Source: an uncultured archaeon (GTDB lineage: Archaea > Altiarchaeota > Altiarchaeia > JAFGQM01). Taken from it: a stretch of 64,000 nt of DNA. The translations under genes were made by a program, and so were the position numbers. Position 1 is the first letter of the stretch. Each line of letters starts with the position of its first letter. The notes under the pieces are model-generated. The model did no database searches, was not told the origin of the DNA, and saw nothing but the letters and a program-made list of their open reading frames with translations. The stretch is from the NCBI GenBank assembly GCA_964619365.1, contig CAZUDQ010000002.1:5537-69536 (forward strand), given 5' to 3'. Below, in pieces: positions 29,227 to 38,545 of the stretch.

Positions 29227-29898
29227 TTACTCAAAGCGCGCGGCGACTTTACCGCGCAGCTTCTCAGCACCCTTACCTTTGTTTCTAAGTCCTCTGCCTT
29301 TCTTGCCTGCAGGAGTTTTCCCCCTGAATGCCCTGCCAGAGTGCTTATTAGAACAAATCCAGTTGATTTCCTTGCATGACTTGACATGAGGGTTTGATGT
29401 ATCGACAAGAATTACTTCAAAGTATTTGTATTGTCCGTCTTCCCAGGCCCAGTACGATGCCAGGACTTCACAGTTCGGGAATTTCCTTGATGCACGCTCT
29501 TCAGCCAGAACCTGCTTGCTCTTGTCAAGGATTGCATAATCATATTCTTTTGAGGGCTTACGTCCACCTGAGGTCTGGCGACGCTTTCTCCCACCTTTTC
29601 CAACACGTACGATACAAGCGACAAAACCTGGTTTGTCTTTATATCCCAATTCACGTGCGCGCCAAGTCTTAAGGGGCTTATCCTCTTTTGTTATGACGTC
29701 TCCATGACGGAAAACGCGGCATCTTTCTATCCAAACGCCCCTAAGCTCTGCTATAAGCTCTTTATACTGTGCAGGGTTTGTCTTCTTTAAAGCCAAGACC
29801 GACTTTCTTTTTTTCGGCTCGATTGCCGTTAAGAATTTTTTCTCATCCATTGTTATTTTTTCTTTTGGTTCGAATCTGCAAATAATTGCAAGATTCAC
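29227..29898 (-). CDS. rpl15e: 50S ribosomal protein L15e; the probable start is the internal MDEKKF at about 29850
   Basis: ARELGYKDKPGFVACIVRVGKGGRKR and EERASRKFPNCEVLASYWAWEDGQYKYFEVILVD match the conserved L15e core. Confidence 0.85.
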   Translation of the reverse strand: MNLAIICRFEPKEKITMDEKKFLTAIEPKKRKSVLALKKTNPAQYKELIAELRGVWIERCRVFRHGDVITKEDKPLKTWRARELGYKDKPGFVACIVRVGKGGRKRRQTSGGRKPSKEYDYAILDKSKQVLAEERASRKFPNCEVLASYWAWEDGQYKYFEVILVDTSNPHVKSCKEINWICSNKHSGRAFRGKTPAGKKGRGLRNKGKGAEKLRGKVAARFE

Positions 29899-29974
29899 AT
29901 TCCATACGGATTTGCTTTATTCTTTATCTTAAAGAGATAGAGCGCTAAGTTTGAGCTAAGGAGTATAAAAGCCT

Positions 29975-31372
29975 TTAGTCGCTTTCGACTATTATATTGT
30001 CGCCCTTTTTGCGGATTCGCGCCTTTGCAAAGAAGCGTTTCTTGCTCATTATGCCTTCAAGTTCGCCACCGCTTACAACGACTTTGGTGACTTCGCCTAT
30101 TTCTTTGCCTTCTGCGTCAAGAATCTTTTTCCCCGCATATTTCTTTTCAAGCGACTCCTTTTTTGAGATATAGTCAAAGAAGATAATCTTTAGGAGATAA
30201 TGAGTCACAAGGAGTGCGACCATGCTCACAAGCAAGGATATCAAAAGAGTCTGAACTGGATTCTTTGAAAGTGCGCTATCATAAAGCCCTTCAACAACAG
30301 CGTCAGGCTGTAGGTAAATCACCGACCAGTATATCGGCTGGGCCAGATAGGCAAGAAGTATCGCAAGGATGATAAGATAAATGTATTTTCTCATACCCAG
30401 GTAATTCTTTCTTAGGAAATTGTGTATCATAAAGCCCATTGCGGCTATTACAAGAGCCGCAAGCATTAAGTCAAGTGCTGAAAAGTCGCTTCCTGAGCTT
30501 GAAAACAAAAAGAAGTTGAGTGCTATTGCAGGCTGAGTTGTAAGAACATCCCCAACGCTCGCCGGAGCATTAAAAGTCCCTGGCATTTGCATCACACCTA
30601 GATTCTCCTGAACCTGCAGGTAACCCGTGACTATTCCAAGCATGAATACTGCAATTGCAACAGCGTTAAATACCTTGTAGATATTGCCCTTGTTTATCAT
30701 GGACTCGCCCACCTCATGGATTCCCGAGAAAAGCTGTTTGTCGTACCCGAATCCTTTTGCAAGAAGGTAAACACCGGCAAGAGCAAGTATTATTTCAAGT
30801 ATCGGGAAGCCAAGCCATGACAAAAACACTATTGTGAAGATTAAAAGACCTGGCAGGCCAAAAATCATCTTTGCCTGATGCGGGTTCTCACTTACTCTGT
30901 GGAAGAAATCCTGTAATTTTGAATATGCACTTTCAAGGCCGCGCGCGGCTTTCACATTGACACTTTTTACAGAGAGAATTTTAACCTCGCTTTGAATTAC
31001 TGGGAGTATTTCGGCGTCCTCGACCCCGTCTGTTACAAAGACAACACCTTTTGGCTTGAATTTATCAAGAACCCGTGAGAGCTGGTCTCCAAGCTTCCTA
31101 TCACTTTTTACACCGACATCAATGTCGCCTGTCAGGGTCACGACCTCGACATCATTGTATTCCCTTTCGCATTCGCGTTTTGTCTTAACTGCCGCAAAAA
31201 TAGCATTCGAGTCTGTGTCTTCGGGGTCTGATAAGGCAAGGCGCCGTGCCGCCTCCAGATTGGCTTCTTCGCCGATTATCGGTCCTGAGACTCCCGCTTT
31301 GACGCCAAGGTCATCATCACGGTCTATGCAAAGGACAAGGACGCATCCCTCCTTTGTTTTGACTAATGCCAT
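29975..31372 (-). CDS. DUF373-family archaeal membrane protein
   Basis: The N-terminal cytosolic domain VLVLCIDRDDDLGVKAGVSGPIIGEEANLEAARRLALSDPEDTDSNAIFAA is characteristic of DUF373. About 7 TM helices follow, then a C-terminal soluble domain. Confidence 0.6.
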   Translation of the reverse strand: MALVKTKEGCVLVLCIDRDDDLGVKAGVSGPIIGEEANLEAARRLALSDPEDTDSNAIFAAVKTKRECEREYNDVEVVTLTGDIDVGVKSDRKLGDQLSRVLDKFKPKGVVFVTDGVEDAEILPVIQSEVKILSVKSVNVKAARGLESAYSKLQDFFHRVSENPHQAKMIFGLPGLLIFTIVFLSWLGFPILEIILALAGVYLLAKGFGYDKQLFSGIHEVGESMINKGNIYKVFNAVAIAVFMLGIVTGYLQVQENLGVMQMPGTFNAPASVGDVLTTQPAIALNFFLFSSSGSDFSALDLMLAALVIAAMGFMIHNFLRKNYLGMRKYIYLIILAILLAYLAQPIYWSVIYLQPDAVVEGLYDSALSKNPVQTLLISLLVSMVALLVTHYLLKIIFFDYISKKESLEKKYAGKKILDAEGKEIGEVTKVVVSGGELEGIMSKKRFFAKARIRKKGDNIIVESD

Positions 31373-31484
31373 CTTTTATGCGCAATAATACTACCTACCT
31401 ATTTTAAGTTATTGCAGTTAAAAAGCTGGCAATTAACCTCGTCCCTTTTTAAGTCTTTACGCTTAATTTTAACATAGGTTAAGA

Positions 31485-32516
31485 ATGGCAAGTGATAAGA
31501 GTTCAGGATACGCTAAAATTCGCCCCCCAACTAGCCAATCGGCAGACAGGGCGCGCGATGATGCCAATAAGATTATAATCCAGGGTCAAAAGCGCCCGAT
31601 AACTCCGATGCAGATATTCGCATCATTCCTTCTTGCCGTTGTCATATACCTCTTTTTCAATTACAGTTATGGGTTTACAGTGGTAACTTCTGCCTCCATT
31701 GCCATACTTTTCCTCCTCCTTTGCATATTCTCCTTTAGTGCTGTAGTCTTCCTTGAGACTTATGAGCGCGCAGTCGTACAGAGATTCGGAAAGTATGACA
31801 GGACCGCAGGACCTGGATGGACCGTAATTATTCCCGGAGTCGAGATATACAATGTTGTAGATATCAGAGTCAAGACTCTTGATCTTTTGGGTTATGAGGC
31901 GATAACAAAAGATAACATAAGGCTGTACCTTGATGTGGTTGTCTATGCAAAGATAATAGATTCCTTTAAAGCGGTTCTTGAAGTCAAGAACGTAAACACT
32001 GCAATTCTTACATTCCTTCGCTCAATTACAAGAGAAACTGTCGGTAACTTGACAGCCGAAGAAGTGATATCAAACATCGCCAAAGTCAACGAGCTTTTAA
32101 TCGGCGAGCGCGATCGTTTGAAAAAAGAATGGGGAGTTGACTTAATTTCAGTCGAAATACAGGAGATAACCCTTCCTGCAGAAGTCCAAGACAGCATGCA
32201 CGACCTGCGGGCAGCAGAATACCAAAGACAAGTTGTCGAGCAAAAGGCCTTTGCAAGAGAAGCACTCATCAACGCTATTGGCCGCGCTGCATCAAAGCTT
32301 GATAATCCAGCCCTTTCATATATGTACCTTGAGGCTATGAAGCAGGTTGCAGATGGCAAAGCTACAAAGTTAATCTTCCCGATGGAGTTAACTCGCCTTG
32401 CAGAGTCTGTATCAAAAAACTTTGGCGAGGACAAGGACAAATTCCTGGCTGATATGATGAAGGCTTATCAGGAGACTGTTGCTAAGGACATGCCAAGCAA
32501 GCTTCCTAAGAAATAA
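31485..32516 (+). CDS. SPFH/band-7 (stomatin/prohibitin-like) membrane protein
   Basis: It has an N-terminal TM and the SPFH core (AVVQRFGKYDRTAGPGWTVIIPGVE...ITKDNIRLYLDVVVYAKI), with a C-terminal coiled-coil region. Confidence 0.8.
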   Translation: MASDKSSGYAKIRPPTSQSADRARDDANKIIIQGQKRPITPMQIFASFLLAVVIYLFFNYSYGFTVVTSASIAILFLLLCIFSFSAVVFLETYERAVVQRFGKYDRTAGPGWTVIIPGVEIYNVVDIRVKTLDLLGYEAITKDNIRLYLDVVVYAKIIDSFKAVLEVKNVNTAILTFLRSITRETVGNLTAEEVISNIAKVNELLIGERDRLKKEWGVDLISVEIQEITLPAEVQDSMHDLRAAEYQRQVVEQKAFAREALINAIGRAASKLDNPALSYMYLEAMKQVADGKATKLIFPMELTRLAESVSKNFGEDKDKFLADMMKAYQETVAKDMPSKLPKK

Positions 32517-32548
32517 GCTTTAGCTCTTTTAAGCTATTTTTCTCTTAT

Positions 32549-33490
32549 TTATTCTTCAAGGGCTAGTGCCAGCCCTGAGACCTCTTTTAGATCCACAAGC
32601 TTCCCTTCAGAAATGATTGGTACTGGGAGTAGTTTGTTTTCAGGAGCTTCCCTTAGACTCACACCACGCGGAGTGTCTTTCCAAAGCCTGCGCTCATCAA
32701 GTGAGGCAAAGAGTTCTTTTGCTTTTTTAGATTGGCTGCACGCAAGATTCTTTAGCTCAAAGTCGCCCATCAAAAGGAGCTCATTTAACTCTATTTGACC
32801 TTTGAGCTCTGATATGGCCTCAATAAGCATGGCATCGGCGATTTTTACGGTGTGATGGAAGTAGACAGCCGAATGCATCTGGCGCCGTCCGACAAGAAGA
32901 GCTTCAAGGGCAATCACCCCCTTTTTCTCAAAGGCAATGCCAGCATTATCCAGTCTCATAGCACTTATTATCCTGTCAGTATCGATTATCCCGTAAGCAA
33001 CGCCGGTATAAAGGGCATCGCGTAGGAGGTAATCCATACGGTCGGCATCAATGGATGAGCTTATTATTGCGCCTTTGCCTTTCCCTGAAAGGAACGAATC
33101 AATCTCATTTAATGAAAATCCTGAATCCTTTATTGCATCACCCAGTTCCCCGTTTAGCAAGAGCTTTAGATTATCCTCATGGTTGCAGGAAAAAAGGTTT
33201 TCAAGGGAATGGCTAAAGGGGAGGTGTCCGGCATCGTGGATTAGAGCCGCCACTCTTGCAGGAGTCTCTTCAATCCCCACTTGCTCTGCCATTTTCCCAG
33301 CAAGGTGCATAGTCCCAAGGGAATGTTCAAATCTCGTGTGATTGGCACCCGGATAGACAAGAGAACAGAAGGAAAGCTGCTTTATGCGCCTTAGCCTTTG
33401 CATCTGGGGCGTATCGATTATTGCAGTTTCCTCAGGGGACGCTGTGATGTCTTTATGAACTGGATCCCTAATAATCTTTGGCCCTTCCAT
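32549..33490 (-). CDS. HD-domain phosphohydrolase (COG1078-type, dGTPase/SAMHD1-like core)
   Basis: IRDPVHKDI...IIDTPQMQRLRRIKQL...YPGANHTRFEHSLGTM...LIHDAGHLPFSH carries the HD-superfamily His/Asp ligands. Confidence 0.8.
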   Translation of the reverse strand: MEGPKIIRDPVHKDITASPEETAIIDTPQMQRLRRIKQLSFCSLVYPGANHTRFEHSLGTMHLAGKMAEQVGIEETPARVAALIHDAGHLPFSHSLENLFSCNHEDNLKLLLNGELGDAIKDSGFSLNEIDSFLSGKGKGAIISSSIDADRMDYLLRDALYTGVAYGIIDTDRIISAMRLDNAGIAFEKKGVIALEALLVGRRQMHSAVYFHHTVKIADAMLIEAISELKGQIELNELLLMGDFELKNLACSQSKKAKELFASLDERRLWKDTPRGVSLREAPENKLLPVPIISEGKLVDLKEVSGLALALEE

Positions 33491-33531
33491 TTTTATATTA
33501 TTTTTATTACTGGAAACATAAATAGAAGACT

Positions 33532-34281
33532 ATGGTAAAGCTCACTCGTAAGAAAACTGGTATTGAAGGCCTCGACATGCTTCTTCCAAAAGGTGTGCCC
33601 TCGAATCATCTTATACTTGTTTCTGGACAGGCCGGTGCCGGAAAGTCCATAATGTCTATGCAATTCCTTGTGGCAGGAGTTCAGGAACTGGGTGAGAAAG
33701 GACTTTTTATAAGTTTTGAGCAAACTCGCGATGATATCGTTGCACAAGCCGAAAACTTTAAATGGAATATGAACAAGTTAGAAAAAGAAGGCAAGATAAA
33801 GATAATGACATTCAATCCCAATAAAGACCATGTTCTAGATATGCTTAAACATATTGACGAAGTCATAAAGACTTTTAAACCGGATCGCATAGTCGTTGAT
33901 TCTATCACCACCTATTCCATATATGCTGAAACCCTGACCTTCTTTGACACCCTGATGAACTATGGTCTCAAAAAAGAGAACTTACACCTTGCACCCTCGC
34001 CAAGATCCGTATCGAGGAAGGCGATAACAGACATCCTCACAAAGATAAAATCCTATAATCTACTTGCATTTATAATCTCAGAACTCCCTGAAAACTCAGA
34101 ATATCTCTCCCGCGACACGATTTCAGAGTTTTTTTGTGATGGCGTTATACTCTTAAAACATGTGCCAATAGGGGACTCTCTTAACCGGAGCATAGAAGTC
34201 AGGAAGATGAGGCAGGTGCGGATGCGTGAAGGCTCTCGTTCCTATAACATAACAAAAAAAGGAATAGTTATCGAAATATAA
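33532..34281 (+). CDS. KaiC-like RecA-superfamily ATPase (single domain)
   Basis: GIEGLDMLLPKGVPSNHLILVSGQAGAGKSIMSMQF is the Walker A motif in the KaiC/RadA-like N-terminal layout. 249 aa. Confidence 0.8.
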   Translation: MVKLTRKKTGIEGLDMLLPKGVPSNHLILVSGQAGAGKSIMSMQFLVAGVQELGEKGLFISFEQTRDDIVAQAENFKWNMNKLEKEGKIKIMTFNPNKDHVLDMLKHIDEVIKTFKPDRIVVDSITTYSIYAETLTFFDTLMNYGLKKENLHLAPSPRSVSRKAITDILTKIKSYNLLAFIISELPENSEYLSRDTISEFFCDGVILLKHVPIGDSLNRSIEVRKMRQVRMREGSRSYNITKKGIVIEI

Positions 34282-34282
34282 T

Positions 34283-35410
34283 ATGGATGCCAAAGACAAT
34301 GTCGTTCGGTTCTACATAAAAAATTATGTTATACCAAGAGCACTCATCTTTGATAAGCCCGGTTTTGTTGATTTCAGGATATCAGGCAAGACATCAGTAT
34401 TTGCCCGCCAGATTCTTATGCCCGAAGACCTTTTTGTGGAGTTTGAAAAGTCTATGATTGATAAGTTCGGAGAGGCTGGCGCCCAGGCGGTTTATTCTGT
34501 TGGAAAACGCTTTGGATACAGCTTTGCACAACTGGGTCGTTTTGAGAACATAAAGGAGCACCCTGGCAACAAAGTCAAGAAATGGATTGGAATTGCCAGT
34601 AAATTCGTAGAAGGGACTTATGCAGGCAGGATAGACCAAAAGGTCTCTGTTGAAGAAAAAACAGTCGATTACAAGCTTAAAAATTTTGTTATCTGCCGGA
34701 AACTGGGCTATGATTACCTATTTGCCACAGGGGGAGCGGCAGGGGTGATAGCATGGCTACTTCAGGATCCGAAGATAGAAGGCTATATGTATAACAGTAA
34801 GTCAAAGGGCGAAGAAAATGTTTGCAATGTCTTGTGTGCGACGCCTGCAACAATAAAAAACAAATTAAAACAGAACGCATATTCTGAAACAAAAGTAGGG
34901 GATTTATACCAAGACCCAATGCAATATGAGGCACTTAACAAAGAAGTCGAGATACAGCAGAAAAAATCATTCCAGACTTTCTTAGACGCCCGCATATTCA
35001 GTTATAAAAAAGGCATAATTTCTCATGATGATGAGCGTTTCTTCCTTCTTGAAGTCACTGGCATGTATCTTTTAGAGCTTGCGATGAAAGATGAGAAAAT
35101 GAAAAAGACTCTATTTGATTCTGCATTTTCCGTCGGGCAAAAAATGTTTGGAGATTCGAACATGGTGGGCATAACTGAATTTTTGGCTGCCCTTGGATGG
35201 GGCGAAGTTACTATAATACCCTCTTCTAATAAAATCAGGGTTGTAATAAAACATTTCCCCTGGACAAGATATTACAAAGATGTAGAGTATCTTTTAATAA
35301 GAGGTCTCCTTTCAGGAATGCTTTCCCGCATAAAAAAGAAAGACATATTACTCAAAAAACCAAAAGCTGACCTCAATTCAGGTTTTTTAACACTCTTGTT
35401 CGAAAATTAA
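34283..35410 (+). CDS. Hypothetical protein translationally coupled to the KaiC-like ATPase
   Basis: 375 aa. Its start lies 2 bp after the upstream stop. No family recognised. Confidence 0.5.
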   Translation: MDAKDNVVRFYIKNYVIPRALIFDKPGFVDFRISGKTSVFARQILMPEDLFVEFEKSMIDKFGEAGAQAVYSVGKRFGYSFAQLGRFENIKEHPGNKVKKWIGIASKFVEGTYAGRIDQKVSVEEKTVDYKLKNFVICRKLGYDYLFATGGAAGVIAWLLQDPKIEGYMYNSKSKGEENVCNVLCATPATIKNKLKQNAYSETKVGDLYQDPMQYEALNKEVEIQQKKSFQTFLDARIFSYKKGIISHDDERFFLLEVTGMYLLELAMKDEKMKKTLFDSAFSVGQKMFGDSNMVGITEFLAALGWGEVTIIPSSNKIRVVIKHFPWTRYYKDVEYLLIRGLLSGMLSRIKKKDILLKKPKADLNSGFLTLLFEN

Positions 35411-35430
35411 CCCGTATTAAAGGACAAATA

Positions 35431-36216
35431 ATGATAAGAATCGGCCCAGTCGAAAAGAAAGTCTATGAGCTTAGGGCAGACCACCCCGTTGTAATCCCGC
35501 AGATAGACCCGAGTAGCCTTGAACTTGATAAAGTCAAATCTTTGCTTAAAGAGATTAAAGCCATGGGCATTGATGTAGTTGCAATGGGTGGCAGCATAGT
35601 TGATAGGGATTCCTGCAACGAAGTAATTGATGTTGCCGTTAAAGACTTTGACCTTTCAGTTATCACTTACCTAACTCAAACAGATCTTGCATCCCTAAAT
35701 AATTATCCAGGTAAGACTGCAGTGTACTGGATGAGTGTACTGAATTCAGAGAATATGTTTTATCTAAGGGATGTTCTTGTGATGAGTTCAGTCATGCTTA
35801 AGAAAAAAGGTTCAGAAGCAATACCTACAGCATATGTTTTTGACGATCGCGGCCCGCTAAAGACAGCAACTTGGCTTTCAAGAGCAACACACGTTCCGCG
35901 CGAAAAGCCCACAATAAGTTTATCTCTTGCCGTGCATGCTCAAAACTGCGGATTTAGATTTTACATAATGGCAGGAGGTTCAGGTGCAGAGATTCCACCT
36001 CCCGAATCCCACGTAGCTTTATTATCAAAAGAAACTGATTTGTTTATAATGCCTACAAGTGGAATCAAAAATGTAAGCCACGCAGAAGATATGTTTAAAG
36101 CTAATGCGGATGCCATACACATAGGTAATCTTTTGGAGCAAAAAGATGGTATTGACCATTTGTCACAGATAGTCAAAGCCTCAAAGAAATATCCTGGCAA
36201 GGACTTCTTGCCATAA
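35431..36216 (+). CDS. Geranylgeranylglyceryl phosphate synthase (GGGPS/PcrB family TIM barrel)
   Basis: MGIDVVAMGGS, WMSVLNSENMFYL, IMAGGSGAE and ADAIHIGN align with the FMSLLNS / YLEAGSGAE / GADIIVTGN motifs of archaeal GGGPS. Confidence 0.75.
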   Translation: MIRIGPVEKKVYELRADHPVVIPQIDPSSLELDKVKSLLKEIKAMGIDVVAMGGSIVDRDSCNEVIDVAVKDFDLSVITYLTQTDLASLNNYPGKTAVYWMSVLNSENMFYLRDVLVMSSVMLKKKGSEAIPTAYVFDDRGPLKTATWLSRATHVPREKPTISLSLAVHAQNCGFRFYIMAGGSGAEIPPPESHVALLSKETDLFIMPTSGIKNVSHAEDMFKANADAIHIGNLLEQKDGIDHLSQIVKASKKYPGKDFLP

Positions 36217-36245
36217 TCCAAAAACACCCCCCAAAGCAAAATATT

Positions 36246-36971
36246 ATGGCCCACGAAGATAAGGACCTAATCGAAAAAATCAAAGAACTGGACTATTTTA
36301 TCTTTGATTTTGACGGAACATTATACCCCGGTCTTTTATTATCTGAACTCGTCTTTGATTTTTTAAAAGATTACGGCCTTAAGAATCCTAGCGAACAGTG
36401 GCGCTATGACGAGTTGGATTCAATATTCAAAAATCGTGACCTTTATTCTTTTGATGAGTTATGTAATCGCTCAGCCTTATTGCTTAAAGACGTAGAGCGC
36501 GATGAATTACTAAAAAAGCTACCTTTATTCATGGATAAGTGCTATCCCAGTAGTCTTGAACTCATAGCCCTCCTTAGACAAATGGGTAAAAAATGTTTTT
36601 TAAGCTCCTTAACCATTAAAGAAATTGCATCGGCCGCAAAAGCCAAATATAGCTTTGACGGCTGTGTTTTTAGGGATTTGGACCAAGTCAAAGTAGATGG
36701 CAAAACTCTTTTTACAGGCAAGTACACCAAATCCAATTTGGATTTAGGTAATTATAAGATTGGAACAATCGAGGCATTTGGACTCAAGTCCAAGAAATTT
36801 CTTATGGCAGGAAATGCTATAGAAGATAAGTGCCTACTCATAGAATCAGAAATCTCTGTAGGGGTAAATCCTCAAAAAGAACTTAAGGAGGGTATGGTCT
36901 TCGATGTCTTTTTAAGTGACCAAAAAGACCCATGGGAAACTCTGGTTGATAATCTTAAAAAAAGCCTTTAA
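36246..36971 (+). CDS. HAD-superfamily hydrolase
   Basis: Motif I is FIFDFDGTLY. Downstream K and D(x)nD motifs are plausible. 241 aa. It overlaps the convergent gene by 4 bp. Confidence 0.55.
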   Translation: MAHEDKDLIEKIKELDYFIFDFDGTLYPGLLLSELVFDFLKDYGLKNPSEQWRYDELDSIFKNRDLYSFDELCNRSALLLKDVERDELLKKLPLFMDKCYPSSLELIALLRQMGKKCFLSSLTIKEIASAAKAKYSFDGCVFRDLDQVKVDGKTLFTGKYTKSNLDLGNYKIGTIEAFGLKSKKFLMAGNAIEDKCLLIESEISVGVNPQKELKEGMVFDVFLSDQKDPWETLVDNLKKSL

Positions 36972-37687
36972 ATATCTATTACAATACCCTTGCCTTTTTC
37001 TATGCGGAAATCAACTGGCTTTAGGTCATGGTCAGTTGCACGCATCTTTGTTATAATAAGTATCCTCTTATCAAGAGTCTCAATCTTTGAAAGGGCAATT
37101 ACACCATCAACGACAAATTCTTCAACACCGTGGCGTGAATAGCCTTCTGTCCCAGATACTATTTCATCAAGAAGGAGTGATGTAAGTTCATTTTCCTGCA
37201 AGAGGTAATTAAGTTCGATTATCGCGTTTCTTACTTTGTTCTGGTCAGACTCAAGTAATACGTCAAGACTTGGAAGTGCGTCAACGACAACACGCTTTGC
37301 CCCGATGTTTCTTGCCGTCATAATAAGGTTCTGAACAAGGTGGTTAACATCAAAGTTTTCAGGTGAAAGAGTGAATTTTTCATCGGATTCAAGACCAAGG
37401 CGCACAAGGGAAGCATCGATTATTGCAATCTTGCCCTCTTTTTCAAGCTCAGTTATATCAAGACCAAGTTCTTTTAATTCCGCACGGATGTTCTTTGGCT
37501 TTTCTTCAAGAGTGAGATATACTCCCGGTTCGCCGTTTTTTGCGCCGTGGATGAGATATGTCATTGCAAGAATTGTTTTTCCACATCCACTGCCTCCTGC
37601 CAAAAGAACTGTGCGACCTCTGGGAATGCCGCCTTTAAGGAGCGTGTCAAGCTCTGCGATACCAGTCTCCGCTCGATTAACTGCCAT
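36968..37687 (-). CDS. KaiC-like RecA-superfamily ATPase (second copy)
   Basis: GIAELDTLLKGGIPRGRTVLLAGGSGCGKTILAMTY. 239 aa. It is a paralog of the gene at 33532..34281. Confidence 0.8.
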   Translation of the reverse strand: MAVNRAETGIAELDTLLKGGIPRGRTVLLAGGSGCGKTILAMTYLIHGAKNGEPGVYLTLEEKPKNIRAELKELGLDITELEKEGKIAIIDASLVRLGLESDEKFTLSPENFDVNHLVQNLIMTARNIGAKRVVVDALPSLDVLLESDQNKVRNAIIELNYLLQENELTSLLLDEIVSGTEGYSRHGVEEFVVDGVIALSKIETLDKRILIITKMRATDHDLKPVDFRIEKGKGIVIDI

Positions 37688-37689
37688 TT

Positions 37690-38484
37690 TTGGGGTTGGT
37701 CATATTTTTAACCTCTTATATTAGTGTACGCAATATAAAAATCTTTTTATCGAAGAAACCTTCAAAGAATGCGAAAAATAAGATGGATGGAGCAAAGATA
37801 GCAAAAAAAACCGCAGCAGACGCAGCATGCAAGAAAGTCACAGATGGGATGAATGTAGGACTTGGTACTGGTTCAACGGCCGAGTGGGCGATAAAACGCC
37901 TTGGGAGGATGATGCAAAGTGGCATTAAACTCACATGCGTCCCTTCTTCTATTGCAACCCAAAAGCTTGCAGAGGACTGTGGGCTTACAGTGATTCCTTT
38001 TGAAGAGTTCGTCAAAGCGCCCTTTGCTCTTGATGTCTGTATTGACGGGGCAGACAGGATAGACCCATACTTCAGGCTGACAAAAGGGGGTGGAGGAGCT
38101 CACACCCGCGAAAAGCTTGTTGCAAAGAACGCTGAGCTTTTTTGTTGTGTTGGCGACCCTTCAAAACTCTGCGACTCCCTAATCGGGGCGTTCCCACTTC
38201 CAGTTGAAGTACAAATGGATGCTTTGGAGGACACAATTCTTGCACTTTCAGAGTATGGTGAACCCAGCCAGAGAATAAAGGGTGAAGCTGCGCTTATCAC
38301 AGATAACAGCAATTACATTGTTGACCTCAAACTTTCAGAAGGAGACCCAAGCGCACTTGAGGATGAGATTAATTCCATTCCAGGCGTTGTTGATAACGGT
38401 TTTTTTACAAAAAGACGCCCAGAACTGGTATTTATCGGCAAGAGCGACGGGTCATGTGATATCTTAGATTCTCCTGAAAAATAG
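37690..38484 (+). CDS. rpiA: Ribose-5-phosphate isomerase A; the probable start is the in-frame ATG at 37783 (MDGAKIA...)
   Basis: VTDGMNVGLGTGSTA, IDGADRIDP, KGGGGAHTREK and FPLPVEV are the classical RpiA motifs. Confidence 0.85.
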   Translation: MGLVIFLTSYISVRNIKIFLSKKPSKNAKNKMDGAKIAKKTAADAACKKVTDGMNVGLGTGSTAEWAIKRLGRMMQSGIKLTCVPSSIATQKLAEDCGLTVIPFEEFVKAPFALDVCIDGADRIDPYFRLTKGGGGAHTREKLVAKNAELFCCVGDPSKLCDSLIGAFPLPVEVQMDALEDTILALSEYGEPSQRIKGEAALITDNSNYIVDLKLSEGDPSALEDEINSIPGVVDNGFFTKRRPELVFIGKSDGSCDILDSPEK

Positions 38485-38498
38485 GGTTTCTAAACTAG

Positions 38499-38537
38499 CT
38501 TTTTTAAGGCTTCTACAGTAGTAATAAAAGGTATAAT
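38499..38537 (+). promoter_or_regulatory. Candidate promoter region of giant gene 2 (agcttttttaagg ... gtaataaaaggtataat) directly upstream of the ATG
   Basis: AT-rich TATA-like elements lie 9-47 bp upstream of the start. The agctttt..aa motif is shared with the giant-1 upstream region. Confidence 0.25.
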
Positions 38538-38545
38538 CCCTGTAA

